64,000 nucleotides of DNA from Octopus sinensis. Lineage: Eukaryota. A program made the translations under genes and the position numbers. Below are positions 38,143 through 51,201 of this stretch, piece after piece. The notes beneath the pieces were generated by a model, which was not told the origin of the DNA, ran no database searches, and saw nothing but the letters and a program-made list of their open reading frames with translations. The stretch spans positions 32,488,001 to 32,552,000 of the forward strand of contig NC_043004.1 of NCBI RefSeq assembly GCF_006345805.1. Direction: 5' to 3'. Position 1 is the stretch's first letter; each line of letters begins with the position of its first letter.

Positions 38143-38394
38143 CAGTGGTTCTCACCTGGGGTCCATATCACCATTGGAGGTCCATAGAAGAATCTGCTAT
38201 TAAAATTTTGGTGCATTAAGTTCCTTATGCTTCTTCAATACACAAAATATTTAAATACATTTTTTATACAATTCCAAATAATGTGTAATTATAAAAACAA
38301 CAGAATTTTTAAAATATCAAATCACTATGAGGGTTCAGTGGAGTAAAATAGGAATCGGAGGGGTCCACAGGTAAAAAATGGTTGAGAACCACTG
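38143..38394. mobile_element. hAT-Charlie-type MITE (252 bp)
   Basis: TIR CAGTGGTTCTCA / TGAGAACCACTG; 8-bp TSD GTCTAACA / GTTTAACA. Confidence 0.88.
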
Positions 38395-38556
38395 GTTTAA
38401 CAGCACCAATATGTATAACCTATGGACATATAAAAAAGTTTTAACAACACTTTTGTGCTTGGAAATAGCATATAGACCCTTCATTACCATATTTTGCTTC
38501 AAATACACTGCTTTCATTTAAATCTGTTTTGAAAATAATGAAGAATTTAGTAAAAA

Positions 38557-39031
38557 TGACCCTTTTGATATCAACCTGCTTAAGGTTGTCCCTGGTTCTA
38601 AGATACAAACTTTCTGTTTTAAAATGATCTAAATTAAAACATTTCATGAAAATTTCACCAGCTTAATAACGACAAAATTATTTTATTAAATTCATTATTT
38701 TCATAGTTAATTGAAATAAAGGCAGTGTATTTATATGGTAACAAAAGGGTTAAAGTGATCTGAATTGAAACCTTCCATGAAAATTTTGTGGTACTTTGTT
38801 CCAAACACTGGCTGAATAATAACAAAGGTATTTTCTTAGATTCTTCTTTATTTTAAAAACTAAGTGAAGCAAAGATTGTGTATTTCAACAGAAATATGGT
38901 AACAGAAGAGTTAAGTTGGTATTTGGAATGTGAACTTGAAACTTTCATGAAAGGTCTTTAACTTTAAATTCAGGAAGTTTGTATCATAGAACCAAGCACA
39001 ATCTCAGATAGGTTGGTATCAAAAGGGTTAA
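38557..39031. mobile_element. Cluster of three partial piggyBac-like MITEs
   Basis: Ends of type (TTAA)CCCTTTTGATA(T/C)C and GGTAAC.AAAGGGTTAA at 38557, 38753, 38914 and inverted at 39031. Confidence 0.6.
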
Positions 39032-39384
39032 AGTGATGACATTCCATACAAATGTTAATCTTCACAAGCTACAATAAATTTTCGTAGAGACCATTTTTTT
39101 CCCCAGAGAGCCTGGACTGCATTGAAACAAGATTCTTCAATTCACTTTAGCTTCAAATTTTTGATCACTGTCATTGTTCTACCAATTTCATTAAGGGACA
39201 TTTCCCATGTCCAGATACCCTCCCTGTTGCTAAACCATCGTCTGTTTCAAAGAAAGGTAATATTTTCCCATGGCTGGACATGTTTTTATGGAAGATTGGA
39301 AATGAAGTACACCCCTCTTATTCAACGGTGATGCTTGTTTACAACTATCATGTCATCACAAGACAAGGGAACACACAGATATGC

Positions 39385-39419
<35 letters not shown>

Positions 39420-39429
39420 CATATATACA

Positions 39430-39635
39430 CAGGGTGTCCCAGAAGTCACGCACCATTCTAGTTTTCATTTAAAATAATTAAAGCATTTTATTTTATATTT
39501 TTTTCGGCATGTTTTATTGTAGAGGGTGCTCAATTTGAGCATTTGTTATGATTAATTTCAATAACGTGTTTTTGAAATCAATAAGGGTGTATTCTTTTAA
39601 AAAACCAGGGTGGTGCACAACTTCTGGGACACCCT
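39430..39635. mobile_element. Tc1/mariner-type MITE
   Basis: 25-bp TIRs AGGGTGTCCCAGAAGTCACGCACCA and rc AGGGTGTCCCAGAAGTTGTGCACCA. Confidence 0.8.
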
Positions 39636-40962
39636 CTCTCTCTCTATATATATATATAAAGGAAGATATGAGATGAAGTAGTGAAGAATTATCTTCAGAT
39701 GTTGAGCCTCAGAGGAGTTGACAAAAAACTAAGATGATTGGCGATCTGCTTGAGATGACCCATCCACCTAACTAAAATCGAGGCCCTAAAGGCTTCTTGT
39801 TTATGTCTGCGATCTTGACAAACCTTTCCCCTCACAACCTAGTGTCTCCATCCATGTTCACTGCTTGCTGTATTTCTTTCCCCTCTATCTCCCACACCCC
39901 TTTCACACCCTTGCACACACCTACCCGTACACAATGTGCTTCTCTTGAATCTCTTCTCAACAACATATCCCCCTCCTAACACCCCGCTCCACCTAGGTGT
40001 GTCCACTCACTACCCTCTCCTTTTGCAGTCTTGTGAACTTACCCACCCCTTCATCCTACCCAATGCTTGGTTCCACATCACCTGTATACAGCTCCCTGTA
40101 ACTTGAGGGTACCCCTAATCCATTACATCTTCACCTCCACCATCTCTCTCTCTACCCTTCTCACTCTCTCTCTGTCCTTCTCCCTCCCTCCCTCTCTCTC
40201 CTTCCAACTGAGATAGCCATATATTTCTCCTCTAAGTGCAAAACGCCTATTTCTGTCCCTCCAGCTGTACCCTAATCTCTCATCTCCTGGCACAACCCCT
40301 CCTCAGTATCACTTCCTCCCTTCCAGTTGAGGCACGGAGGTCTTGTCTTGCAGGTGACTTGGTGACCTCACTGCTGATGGTGCCTCATAAAAAGGCACCC
40401 ACTACACTCTGTGAAGTGGTTGGCATTAGAAATGCATCTAACCATGGCAACCATGTCAAAACAGACAACAGGAATCAGTGAAGTCTTCTCACTTGTCAGC
40501 ATGAAACATGGACATTAAACTATAACATATCTATCTATCTATCTGTCTGTCTGTCTGTCTACCAATCTATCTATCCATCCATCCATCCATAGTGTCAAAA
40601 AAAAAAAAACAAAAAAACTATACACACTTCAAGAATGGGAAAAATCTGTATAAATAATTTGATTGTGTTTTCACAATTTGATAAAACATCACAAGAGGTA
40701 TTTATATTTACTGAGGTGCTTATACAAGTTGAATATCCATACAAATTTAGCCTTTCCTGAAGTGTGTATACATTTTTTGGGTACACTCTTCTTGTTGGTT
40801 ATCAAATCCCCTTACAAGGCTTTGGTAGGTGCCATTTAGTGGGATTGATCTGAGACCCCATGGCTGAGAAGCAAGTTTCGTTACCACAAAGCCACAGTTG
40901 TACTTATATATTTACACACACACACAGATACGAAGGGCTTCTTTCAGTTTTCCTCTACCAAA

Positions 40963-41356
40963 TTATTAACCATCTTACAAACAATAACTCTGAGCACCTT
41001 TTCAAACTCCACCTGTCTAACACCCGTGGACATGTTTACAAAGTCAGAAATCAGCACAGCTCCCATGACTTTCGGAAACATTTTTTCACGTTAAGAGTTG
41101 CTGAAGCATGGAACAAACTGCCAGCATCAGTTGTTAGTTGTCGGAACACTGCATCCTTCAAAACCTCCATGCTTCCTGAAATTCGCCAACACTTCACCTG
41201 ATTTTCTCCCCTCCATACACATGCAAGCATGTATCTGACTCATACACTGTTTACTTTCCAGACATTTGTACATTACTGCATATTCTTTATACGCACTTTC
41301 GACAAGTTGTGGTGCACCTGAGCACTGTATACAATAATTTCGTTATTATTATTAAA
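40963..41356 (+). mobile_element. CR1 LINE 3' end with (TTA)n tail, inserted into a SINE B copy
   Basis: NTRGHVYKV..RKHFFTLRVAEAWNKLPASVV..SFK, a canonical CR1 C-terminus; host SINE split at CTACCAAAT|CCACTC. Confidence 0.85.
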
Positions 41357-42417
41357 TCCACTCTCAACACTTAGGTCGGTTCGAGGTTATAATAGAAGAC
41401 ACTTGCCCAAGGTTCCACGCAGTGGGACTGAACTTGGAACCATGCGGTTGGGAAGCAAATTCTTACCACTTATGATGTGTGTGTGTGCGTGTGTAATACA
41501 CATGAACTTCTGGCAATTCAAGGCCGAAAAATAAAATGATGTGGAGCTGCAGGTGTGAAATAAAGATGTCACTGAGTTACCTCCCTTACTCACATCGTCA
41601 ATCGAATTAACTGGGCTTTAAATGTCTTATTAGAGACATTGGTATCGCGGTAACAGTTTATTGAACATTAGATCATCGATTGTATTATATTTATTTACTT
41701 TGGTTCCTACTCCATATGAGTGCTGATATGTCTGTCTCCTCAATCATGTTAATGATAAAAATCTAGAAGGAAACGGCTCTCAATTAACTTTAGTGTTACG
41801 ATAGAATTACGACAAGGAAACAAACACTTCGACATTGTTTCTGAGTCATTTGGACAAAATGTCAACATAATCAGATGAGATTATGCCATTAATCCCCGCT
41901 AATCGCTTACTAAGTCTATTTAGTCTTTATATAACACCTATTTCGTCATCTCCGTTTATCAAAAATATGTCTCGTATTAATTTCCTGGTTTTTTTTAATC
42001 CCTGTTCGGTCCTGATCGAATAAACATATCTAGGACTGAACGTATTCCCGCCGTGGCCATCACACCTTTTTTGCATATCAGGAAGTACATTGCCCCCCCC
42101 CCCCGTGTGTGTGTTTGAGGGTAATTTGGTCTGCTAGTTTTAGTAGATCAAGCGACCCTCATTGGTTTCTCTTTCTGTGTATGCTGTTGTTTACCAAGTC
42201 AACCTTGATTGGTCAGACCGATGATGAAAGGCGTTCCAGCCGTACCCATCTCGATTTTTCCCTTTGTGTAGAGAACTTTGAACCGCATAATGTAAGGCAG
42301 TCTTCTTTTAAGACTGCAAGGGCGTGGCTTGTAGCACATTTGACTGCTATTTCTAGCACGTCGTCTGGCCCTTTAGATCAGTCATGTGCAAGACACTTCC
42401 TGAATAGTATACCTTAC

Positions 42418-42593
42418 GAAAAGTTGCTTTAATTTTTTTTTTTCACTTTTGCGTCGCCGCCATTTTCGGGTCGTGTCTCATGCTGCCCGCTTTCTCGAGA
42501 AAGGTTGTTCGTGTCTTATCCTTTGTTTTCTCGTGTGTCTCGTATACATACCAGGGTGGCGGCGGTGGTTTTTATAGCGCGTCTGTTGACTCA
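42418..42593. promoter_or_regulatory. CpG-rich candidate promoter (orientation uncertain)
   Basis: YY1-type CGCCGCCATTTT 42455-42466, Inr-like TCACTTT 42443 (+), palindrome CTTTCTCGAGAAAG 42490-42503, minus-strand TATAAAAA 42576-42569, TGACTCA 42587. Confidence 0.4.
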
Positions 42594-42729
42594 CCTTGCT
42601 ACTAATAAACTTGTTCAACTTGTTGCAAAAATGATTTGACTTACTAAAAAAATAGCAGCCAGATTCTCCACAAGACCACACTACTGTCTTCAGAACAGAA
42701 ACGACATTAGTCCTCCATATTAAAAAAAT

Positions 42730-42864
42730 ACATGGTTCCGGGTTCATTCCCACTGCGTGGCATCTTGGGCAAGTGTCTTCTACTATAGCCTCGGGCTGAC
42801 CAAAGCCTTGTGAGTGGATTTGGTTAACGGAAACTGAAAGAAGCCCGTCGAATATATGTATGCA

Positions 42865-42934
<70 letters not shown>

Positions 42935-43185
42935 TGTATGTATATATATATATATGTATGTGTGTGTATATGTTTGTGTGTCTGTGTTTGTCCCCCCAAC
43001 ATCGATTGACAACCGATGCTGGTGTGTTTACATCTCCGTAACTTAGCAGTTCAGCAAAAGAGTCCAATAGAATAAGTACTAGGCTTACAAAGAATAAGTC
43101 CTGGGGTCGACTTGCTCGACTAATGGCGGTGCTCCAGCATGGCCACAGTCAAATGACTGAAACAAGTAAAAGAGTAAAAGAGAGT
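42730..43185 (+). mobile_element. Near full-length SINE family B with internal (TA)n
   Basis: Body plus tail GGCGGTGCTCCAGCATGGCCACAGTCAAATGACTGAAAC-(AAGAGTA)n. Confidence 0.8.
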
Positions 43186-45720
43186 TGGATAGTCTTTAAT
43201 AAAAGATTTGCCCAATTAGGATTAAATTACAACTCCTTGATTCCTCCGATTAATAAGAAAATCAAAACATAGGTTTTCAAACTCCTAGAAATAACAGCCA
43301 AATTTCTCTCAACTTACTTCCCTCTCATTAACTCTTTGCCTGTCCAAAGCATTTTCATATGGTACCCCTGCTGGTGGCACGTAAAAGCACCAGTTACACT
43401 CTTGGAGTGGTTGGCATCAGGAAGGGCATCCAGCCGTAGAAAACCGTGCCAAATCAGACTGGAGTCTGGTGCAGCCTTCCAGCTTGTCAGCCCCTGTCAA
43501 ACAGCCCAACGCATGCCAGCATGGACAATGGACGCTTAATGATGATGATGATGTCCCAAACGTCCATTCTTGTTTCAGACCTTTAGTTTAACCTTGTTTA
43601 ATAAGTTAAGAGTAATATCAATCTTTCCATTCATAATTCCCAAGTTATTCTGGTGGTTGAAATAAAAATTGGGAATGCATATCAGATCTGATACCTGGAT
43701 GCCAGGGGAATATATGCTCCATAGATCACATGGGATAAACAAGACAAATAGTTAAAATTAACGGTGATGCATTATTTCTGTAAACTTACAGTTGTTTCTT
43801 GCCATATCTGTACCTGTCCTTTTTTTTACCTACAGTGGCGTAGGTATAGAGGGAGTGCTACCAGCGACTGTGTTGAGTTTGCCACACCCTCTTTGGGCCA
43901 ATGCAGCCCTTACAGGTTAATACAGCAGACCCAAAAGTATTTCCCGCCATAACAGCATTGCCTAGGGTAGACTGTCCCACTCCTTGCTTCTCCTACCTCC
44001 AGCTATGCTATTCATCATCATCATCATCCTTTAATGACTGTTTTCCATGCTGGCATGGGTTGGATGGTTTGACAGGAGCTGGCAACCCAAAAAGCTGCAC
44101 CGGGTTCCAATTGTCTGCTTTGGCATGGTTTCTGTGGCTGGACGCCCTTCCTAATACTAACCACTTTACAGAGTCCACTGGGTGCTTTATATGTGACACC
44201 AGCATGGGAGTTTTGACATGGTGCCAGCAAAGGCTCTACTGTTTATCTGATTTAATAATTTAGAATAGAATTTGGGCAGCTTTGGCCTTCTGGCCAAATA
44301 TTTCCATTAGACTTCATTGATTATGTGAGGTTGTATACAAAAATAGCAGAAATGTTAGAAAAGCAACCAAAGCTCACTCGCGTCATCTCCCATTGTCTTA
44401 ACACAAAGGAATCGCACTTTTGACAATGTAGTCATGGCTGGAATGTCTTTAACAACAATAGCCTGACTAGGGCTAAACAACAACAGCAAAGTCACCTTGT
44501 ATCCAAGTCACTGTCCCTTATCACCTCCTCCTCCCAGACCCACTCCTACTTCTCCTCTTCTAAACTGATATTCACTCGTTTCTACCTCGACCACCCTCCT
44601 CTAATCATTCATCTCATTCTTTTCACACTCTGCTGCATTTACCTACCCACCCACCCTTTCTGATCTTCTATCCCCTATTCTCTCTCCCGTATTCATCTTG
44701 TAGCTTGAAGGTACACTCTTACCATCTCTCTCTCTTTCTCTCTCTCTCTCTCCCTCTTTCTCTCTCTCTCTCTCCCTCTTTCTCTCTCTCTCTCTCCAGC
44801 TAGAGAATAATCTGTGTATTCACCTCTTCAGCAAGACACTCGCTCCTGTCCCTGTACCATAGTTTCACAACTGAGTTGAGGGGTCTTGTGAGTACTTGAT
44901 GAGTCCTGCTGCTGGTGCTATGTAAAAAAGTACTCAATACACAGTGTAAAATGGTTGGCATTAGGAAGGGCATCCAGCTGTAGAAGCCTGCCAAACTAGA
45001 CACCAGGAGCCTGGTGCAGCCCCCTGGCTCATCGATTCCTGTCAAAATCATCCAACTGATGCCAGCTTGGAAACAGGGACATCAAAAGATTATGATGATG
45101 AGGATGTGTATTGATATAGGCATGGCTGTGTGGTTAGGAAGCTCGCTTCCCAACCACATGGTTTAGGGTTCAGTCCCACTACATGGCACCTTGGGCAAGC
45201 ATCTTCTGCTATAGCCTTGGCGTGATCGAAGCCTTGTGATTGAATTTGGTAGGTGAAGGTTCCCATCATGTGTGTACATATGTGTGTGTGTGTGTGTATA
45301 AGTGCTTGTGCCTATTAACAGAGAGGAGGGGAGTGTGTGTGTGTACATTTTTTAAATTCTTTTACTTGTTTCAGTCATTTGACTGTGGCCATGCTAGAGC
45401 ACTGCCTTAGTCGAGCAAATCGTTCCCAGGACTTATTCTTTGTAAGCCTAGTATTTATTCTATCGGTCTCTTTTGGGGGCGTAAACACACCAACATTGGT
45501 TGTTGAGTGATGGTGAGCGGTACAAACACAGGCACACAAACGTTTACATATATACAATGGGCTTCTTTCAGTTTCCGTCTACCAAATTCACTCACAAGGC
45601 TTTCATCGACTCAAGGGTGTGGTAGAAGACACTCGCCCAAGGTGCCATGCAGTGGGACTGAACCCCAAACCATGTGGTTGGGAAGCAAGCTTCTTATCCC
45701 ACAGCCACGCCTGCACCTAT

Positions 45721-45754
<34 letters not shown>

Positions 45755-45761
45755 TATATAT

Positions 45762-45794
<33 letters not shown>

Positions 45795-46046
45795 AATATT
45801 TACGTTTTATTTATTATTTTGCACATTACTTAATCATCGGTATATTATTATTTTATATTTAATATTTCTATTATATGTAATTTTCTAGATGGTGTAATTT
45901 AATTGCTCATTTTGAATTGATAAAAGGTGTTTTTTTCTAATTTTTATATATATATTATATTTTGTGAAATTTGATTTAGTATTTCTAAACTGAATTTTTC
46001 CCTGTAAGTTTGGAATAGTATTCCCTCAAATTATTATTATTATTAT

Positions 46047-46082
<36 letters not shown>

Positions 46083-47468
46083 AATGTATCTCCCTTTCCC
46101 TTATCAGTTTCAAGCCCCAGGTGGTACTAATGACCTTTCTTCTGATTAGTTCTTTTGTTTGTTGAAGCCAAAATGGACAAGGCCATGCCGGAGCAGTGTC
46201 TTCATAAGCCATAAAATAATCCCAAGTGATTTCAATCAATTTAGAAAGATGTAAATGTGTCAAAGTTCAATTTAACTGAAGTAATTATTTCAATAATCTC
46301 CAGATTTTGGCTGCCCTCACCTACATTAATAATAATAATAATAATAATCCTTTCTACTAATAGGCACAAAGCCTGAAATTTTGGGGGAGAGGTAATTCCA
46401 TTTCATTCACTCCAATACGCCACTGGTACTTGTTTTATTGACCCCGAAAAGATGAAAGACAAAGTCGACCCCAGTGAACCCCAAACATTGACATGGACGG
46501 AATGCTGCTTAGCATTTCACCCAGCGTGCCTCAATAATAATAATAATAATAATAATCATGTTTTCAAATTTTGGCATATGGCTGACTGATGTTAGGTGAG
46601 GGGTAAGTCAGCCACATCAACCCCAGTATTTCACTGGTATTATATATTTCACTAACCCTGAAAGGCTGAATGGCAAAGTTGACCCTGTTCATAACTCTTG
46701 CATGACATCGAAACAAGGAACTGGAAAAACACACCCCTCCATGCATAACCATGCACACACACACATATGATGGGTTCCTTTTAGTTTATACCTCTCAAAT
46801 CTAGGTCCAGGATTTAGCAGAAGACACTTGCTCAAGGTGCTATGCAGAGGGACTGAATATGGCGCCATGTGGTTGGGAAGCAAGCTACTTAATCACTTAA
46901 CTAAGCGATGACATACATACATACATGTGTTCATACACATATGTTTAAACATGCACACACACACATACAGAAAGCCATACAGATATACATTTATATATAT
47001 AGGTTTTTTTAGGGATATATATATACACACATACATATATATGTGTGTACATATCTGTATACATGCACATATATATGTGTGTGTGCATACACAGACGTGT
47101 ATATGTGCATACGGACACATACACAGAGCCATACATACACACATACATACATACATACATACATAAGTATATTTACCTTGTAGAGCTGTCACACAAGTTA
47201 GCTGTAATTACCATTATTAGTGATAAAATGGAGAGTAAATAGACGACTCTTCAAGAGCTGCTTTTATCCTCTCTCAGACATTAAGACCTGTCAAATGTAG
47301 TTACCACAGCCACTGTTTACAACTGCCCACACTTATTAAAGATTCAGCTTCAATTACATTACCGAAATTCTTGCAATCAATCACCAATAAGAATATGATG
47401 TCTGAAGAGAAATTGGAAAGTAATAGTGCCATGTCTGTTAAACGGTGTGTGTGTGTGTGTGTTTTTAG

Positions 47469-47534
47469 GAGACATTGTGCTGTTTCAAACAAGACTTGTT
47501 GACTCTGCAGACACAGCGATGGCTTCTCTTCCAG
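47469..47534 (+). other. Candidate exon (66 nt), possibly carrying a start codon
   Basis: (GT)nTTTTTAG|G acceptor, CAG|GTAATT donor, GCGATGG Kozak giving MASLP; no homology recognised. Confidence 0.3.
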
Positions 47535-47768
47535 GTAATTCACCCCAGTTCTTTGGCTGTTCTCTGTAAGGATTCTGCAACTGTCAGGAACCATTTTAAT
47601 CAAGATTTAATGAGGTGGACACTAACAACAGTATTTCTACTGTTCTCCTAAATTTATAAATTGATTATATATTGCAATGTACCACATTGCAACACTCTAG
47701 CTAACCAACACATACATACATACATCTATGCACACACACACATATATATATACACAAACATCTATCTA

Positions 47769-47826
<58 letters not shown>

Positions 47827-47850
47827 AACATCTATATATATGTATATATA

Positions 47851-49245
47851 CATCATCATCATCATCGTCGTTTAACGTCCGCTTTCCATGCTAGCATGGG
47901 TTGGACGATTTGACTGAGGACTGGCAAACCAGATGGCTGCACCAGGCTCCAATCTTGATCTGGCAGAGTTTCTACAGCTGGATGCGCTTCCTAATGCCAA
48001 CCACTCCGAGAGTGTAGTGGCTGCTTTTATGTGCCACAAAAAAATCGTAACGATCATGCTCAAATGGTGTTTTTTTACATGCCACTGGCATGAATGCCAG
48101 GTAGCCACTCTGGCAACGATCACGCTCAGATGGTGCTCTTAGTGCTCCACTAGCATGGATGCCAGTCATCGAATTTGATTTCGATTTCACTTGCCTCAAC
48201 AAGTCTTCACAAGAAGTGTCCAATGAAGGGAAGGTACGCACAAGTGGGCTGGTTACACACCTGGCATAGGACACAAGGTTTTGGTCTCACTTGCCTTGCC
48301 GGGTCTTCTTAAGCACAGCATATTTCCAAAAGTCTTAGTCACTGGTCATTGCCTCGATGAGGCCTAATGTTCGAAGGTCGTGCTTCACCACTTCATCCCA
48401 GGTCTTGCTGGGTCTATCTCTTCCACAGGTTCCCTCAACCACTAGGGTGTGACACTTTTTCACACAGCTATCCTCATCCATTCTCGCCACATGACCATAC
48501 CAGCGCAGTCATCTCTCTTGCACATTACATCTGATACTTCCTAGGTCCAACTTTTCTCTCAAGGTACTTACACTCTGTCGAGTATGCACACTGACATTAC
48601 ATATCCATCGGATCATACTGGCTTCATTCCTTGCGAGCTTACGCATGTGCTCAGCAGTCACGGCCCATGTTTCACTGCCATGTAGCATGGCTGTTCGTAC
48701 ACATGTGCCATACAGTCTACCTTTTACTCTGAGCGAGAGGCCCTTTGTCACCAGCAGAGGTAAGAGCTCTCTGAACTTAGCCCATGCTATTCTTATTCTA
48801 GCAGCTACACTTTCAGTGTAACCTCTCCTGCTACTGACTTGGTCACCTAGGTAACGGAAGCTATCACTACTTCTAGTTTTTCTCCCTGGAATGTAGCAGA
48901 AGTTGTTGTCTGCACATTTTCAGTGTTTATTGCTCCTGAGCATCTACCTCACACAAAAACTATCTTCCCAGTTAGCCTTCCTTTGATATTGCTGTACCTC
49001 TTATGTGTCCATAGCTTACACTGGGTACATCTTATAGAGTTTCTACCTACACCTTTTCTACAAATTGAGCAGGGCCATCTACCTGAAGGGATTTGTGGTT
49101 TGCTTGCCTTCCTACTTATTAAGACTTTGGTTTTAGCTAAGTTGACTCTAAAGCCCTTCGATTCTAATCCTTGTTTCCACACTTGAAACTTCTCCTCTAG
49201 TTCTGATAGTGACTCAGCAATTAGAGCAAGGTCGTCAGCATAGAT
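47851..49245 (-). mobile_element. RTE-clade LINE, 5'-truncated, with 3' UTR and (GAT)n tail
   Basis: [84 protein letters not shown]. Confidence 0.9.
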
Positions 49246-49352
49246 TATATATTTATATTTTATATATATATGTACATACATACACACAAACATATATATA
49301 TATATACTATTTATATATATATACACGCATATATATATATACACACACACAC

Positions 49353-49389
<37 letters not shown>

Positions 49390-49930
49390 TATATACATAT
49401 GTACATTCACATATATGTATACATTCACATATGTGTACATTCTTGAATACACTTATACATATACATACATATCCATATCCATGTGTACGAGTATAATTTG
49501 TTAATGTATATCAGTCTTTCATCACATGATCTTATCAATAAATGGAATTATATACAAGTGTGTGAGTGTGCATGTGTGTGCGCGTGTGTGTGTGTGTGTG
49601 TGTGTTTCCGTGTGTGCTCTCACATTCTTTTTTTTTCTATTAAATTGTATACGTATGTGATGAGTTTATATAATTGTTTCTAAAAATGCTGCAAGATCTG
49701 AAGAAGAAAAAGAGAGTCAAAGATGGTGATGGAGTGCCGAACTAAAAGTGTTCTGTTATTAGGTTCAAGATCTCAATGGTTTGTAAACATTTTAGCTTTC
49801 CCAATTCTTTGAAATAAATGCCATTAAGATCCAACTGTTGGTCTTTGATTAAAGATGGCAGTCTTCTTCTGAAAGTGAATGGTGGAGTACCTTATAAAAA
49901 AATGTTTTTGTCTTTTGAAATGTTACCATA

Positions 49931-50459
49931 TAAGGTCTGATCAGAAAGTATCAGACTGGTACTATGACAGGAAAACTATAACAGATATCAATTCAGTATT
50001 TCATCTCTTTTGAAGTTGTCCCTTTTTGAAGCCACACACTTTATTCAGTGTTGTTTCCATTGATGGAACCATTCCTGGAACTCCTACTTTGGAATAGCAA
50101 GCAGCTGCCTCATTGCATGCTCTTGGATTTCTTCAATGTCTTGAAATCTTATTCCTTTGATTTTTAGAAAGAGGAAAGAGTCATAGCCATAGACTCACAA
50201 TTTGTCCCCTTTTGTGACCGTCTTCCTTGACACAATTAAGGAGACCCTGTGCATCTGAAGAAGCCTGATCTTCTTCTTGAGACAACCGCACTCTACACAC
50301 TTTACTCCCAAGTTCTGCTCTCAACAACAAAAGTGAGTGAGAACATTATAACTCCGTGTCGGACTTGATTCAAGGTCAGTCTGTGTCGAGCAGCTTCACT
50401 CGGTGTACTTTAACTCTGTTACCATAGTAACAGTCCTGACACTTTCTGATCAGACCTCA
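49931..50459 (-). mobile_element. Mariner-derived non-autonomous element (~530 bp)
   Basis: TIR AGGTCTGATCAGAAAGT at both ends with TA flanks; decayed C-terminus FQEWFHQW..KCVAS..F. Confidence 0.75.
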
Positions 50460-50640
50460 TATTAACTCTCCCAATGAGTAGGACTGCCTTTGATTCTTGT
50501 GATGGAGAACCATGAGAAGTGTTTCATGTTGTACAGTCTTAAATCTGTATTTCTGTTAATTATGTTGGAAATCTTCAGGAATATCAGAGAATCTTGTGAA
50601 GAACGAATGGTAAGTATAGAATCGGTTTCATTTAAATGTA

Positions 50641-51201
50641 TCAACCTTTTTGATTCCATCCCATCTGAGACTGATCCTGGTTCTATCATACAAACTTCAT
50701 GTTTTAAAATGATCGAAATTAAAATCTCTCATCAAAATTTCAGGTTAATTTTTGTTCCAAACACCAGGTTAATAATTCCAAACTTATTTTGCTAACTTCT
50801 TTGTGATATTCAAACCTAACTGAAGTGAAAAAAGAAACAAAAGTGGAGGGGGGGGGGCAGTGAATTTCAACAGAAATATCATAACTAAAGGGTTTTAAAT
50901 TAGGGACTGCATTAGTCAGTCAGGGATCATTAGTCAGCCAAATCACTCTTTTATTAAATTCCTGATTGTCTTTTAGTTCTTTGATACAAACCTGTCTGAA
51001 ATTGTCCCTGGTTCTGTGATACAAACTTCCTGTTTAAAGTGACCCAAATTAAAAGCCTTCCACCAGAATGTCCTCCTAATTCCTATTCAAAACATCAACT
51101 TGATTACGACAAAGTTATTTTGCCAAATTCTTCATTATTTTCGAAATTGCTTGAAACGAAGATGATGCAATTCAGCAGAATTAAGGTAACGAAAGAGTTA
51201 A
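50641..51201 (+). mobile_element. Two piggyBac-like MITE copies (same family as 38557-39031)
   Basis: CCTGGTTCT.TGATACAAACTT core and GGTAACGAAAGAGTTAA end. Confidence 0.55.

Noticed and set aside
42478-43002. 174-aa minus-strand ORF
   Set aside because: Mostly SINE B and (TA)n sequence.
43836-43915. Exon-like segment with strong acceptor and CAG|GTTAAT donor
   Set aside because: Starts with CAGTGGCGTAG, a hAT TIR-like end, and probably belongs to a decayed MITE.
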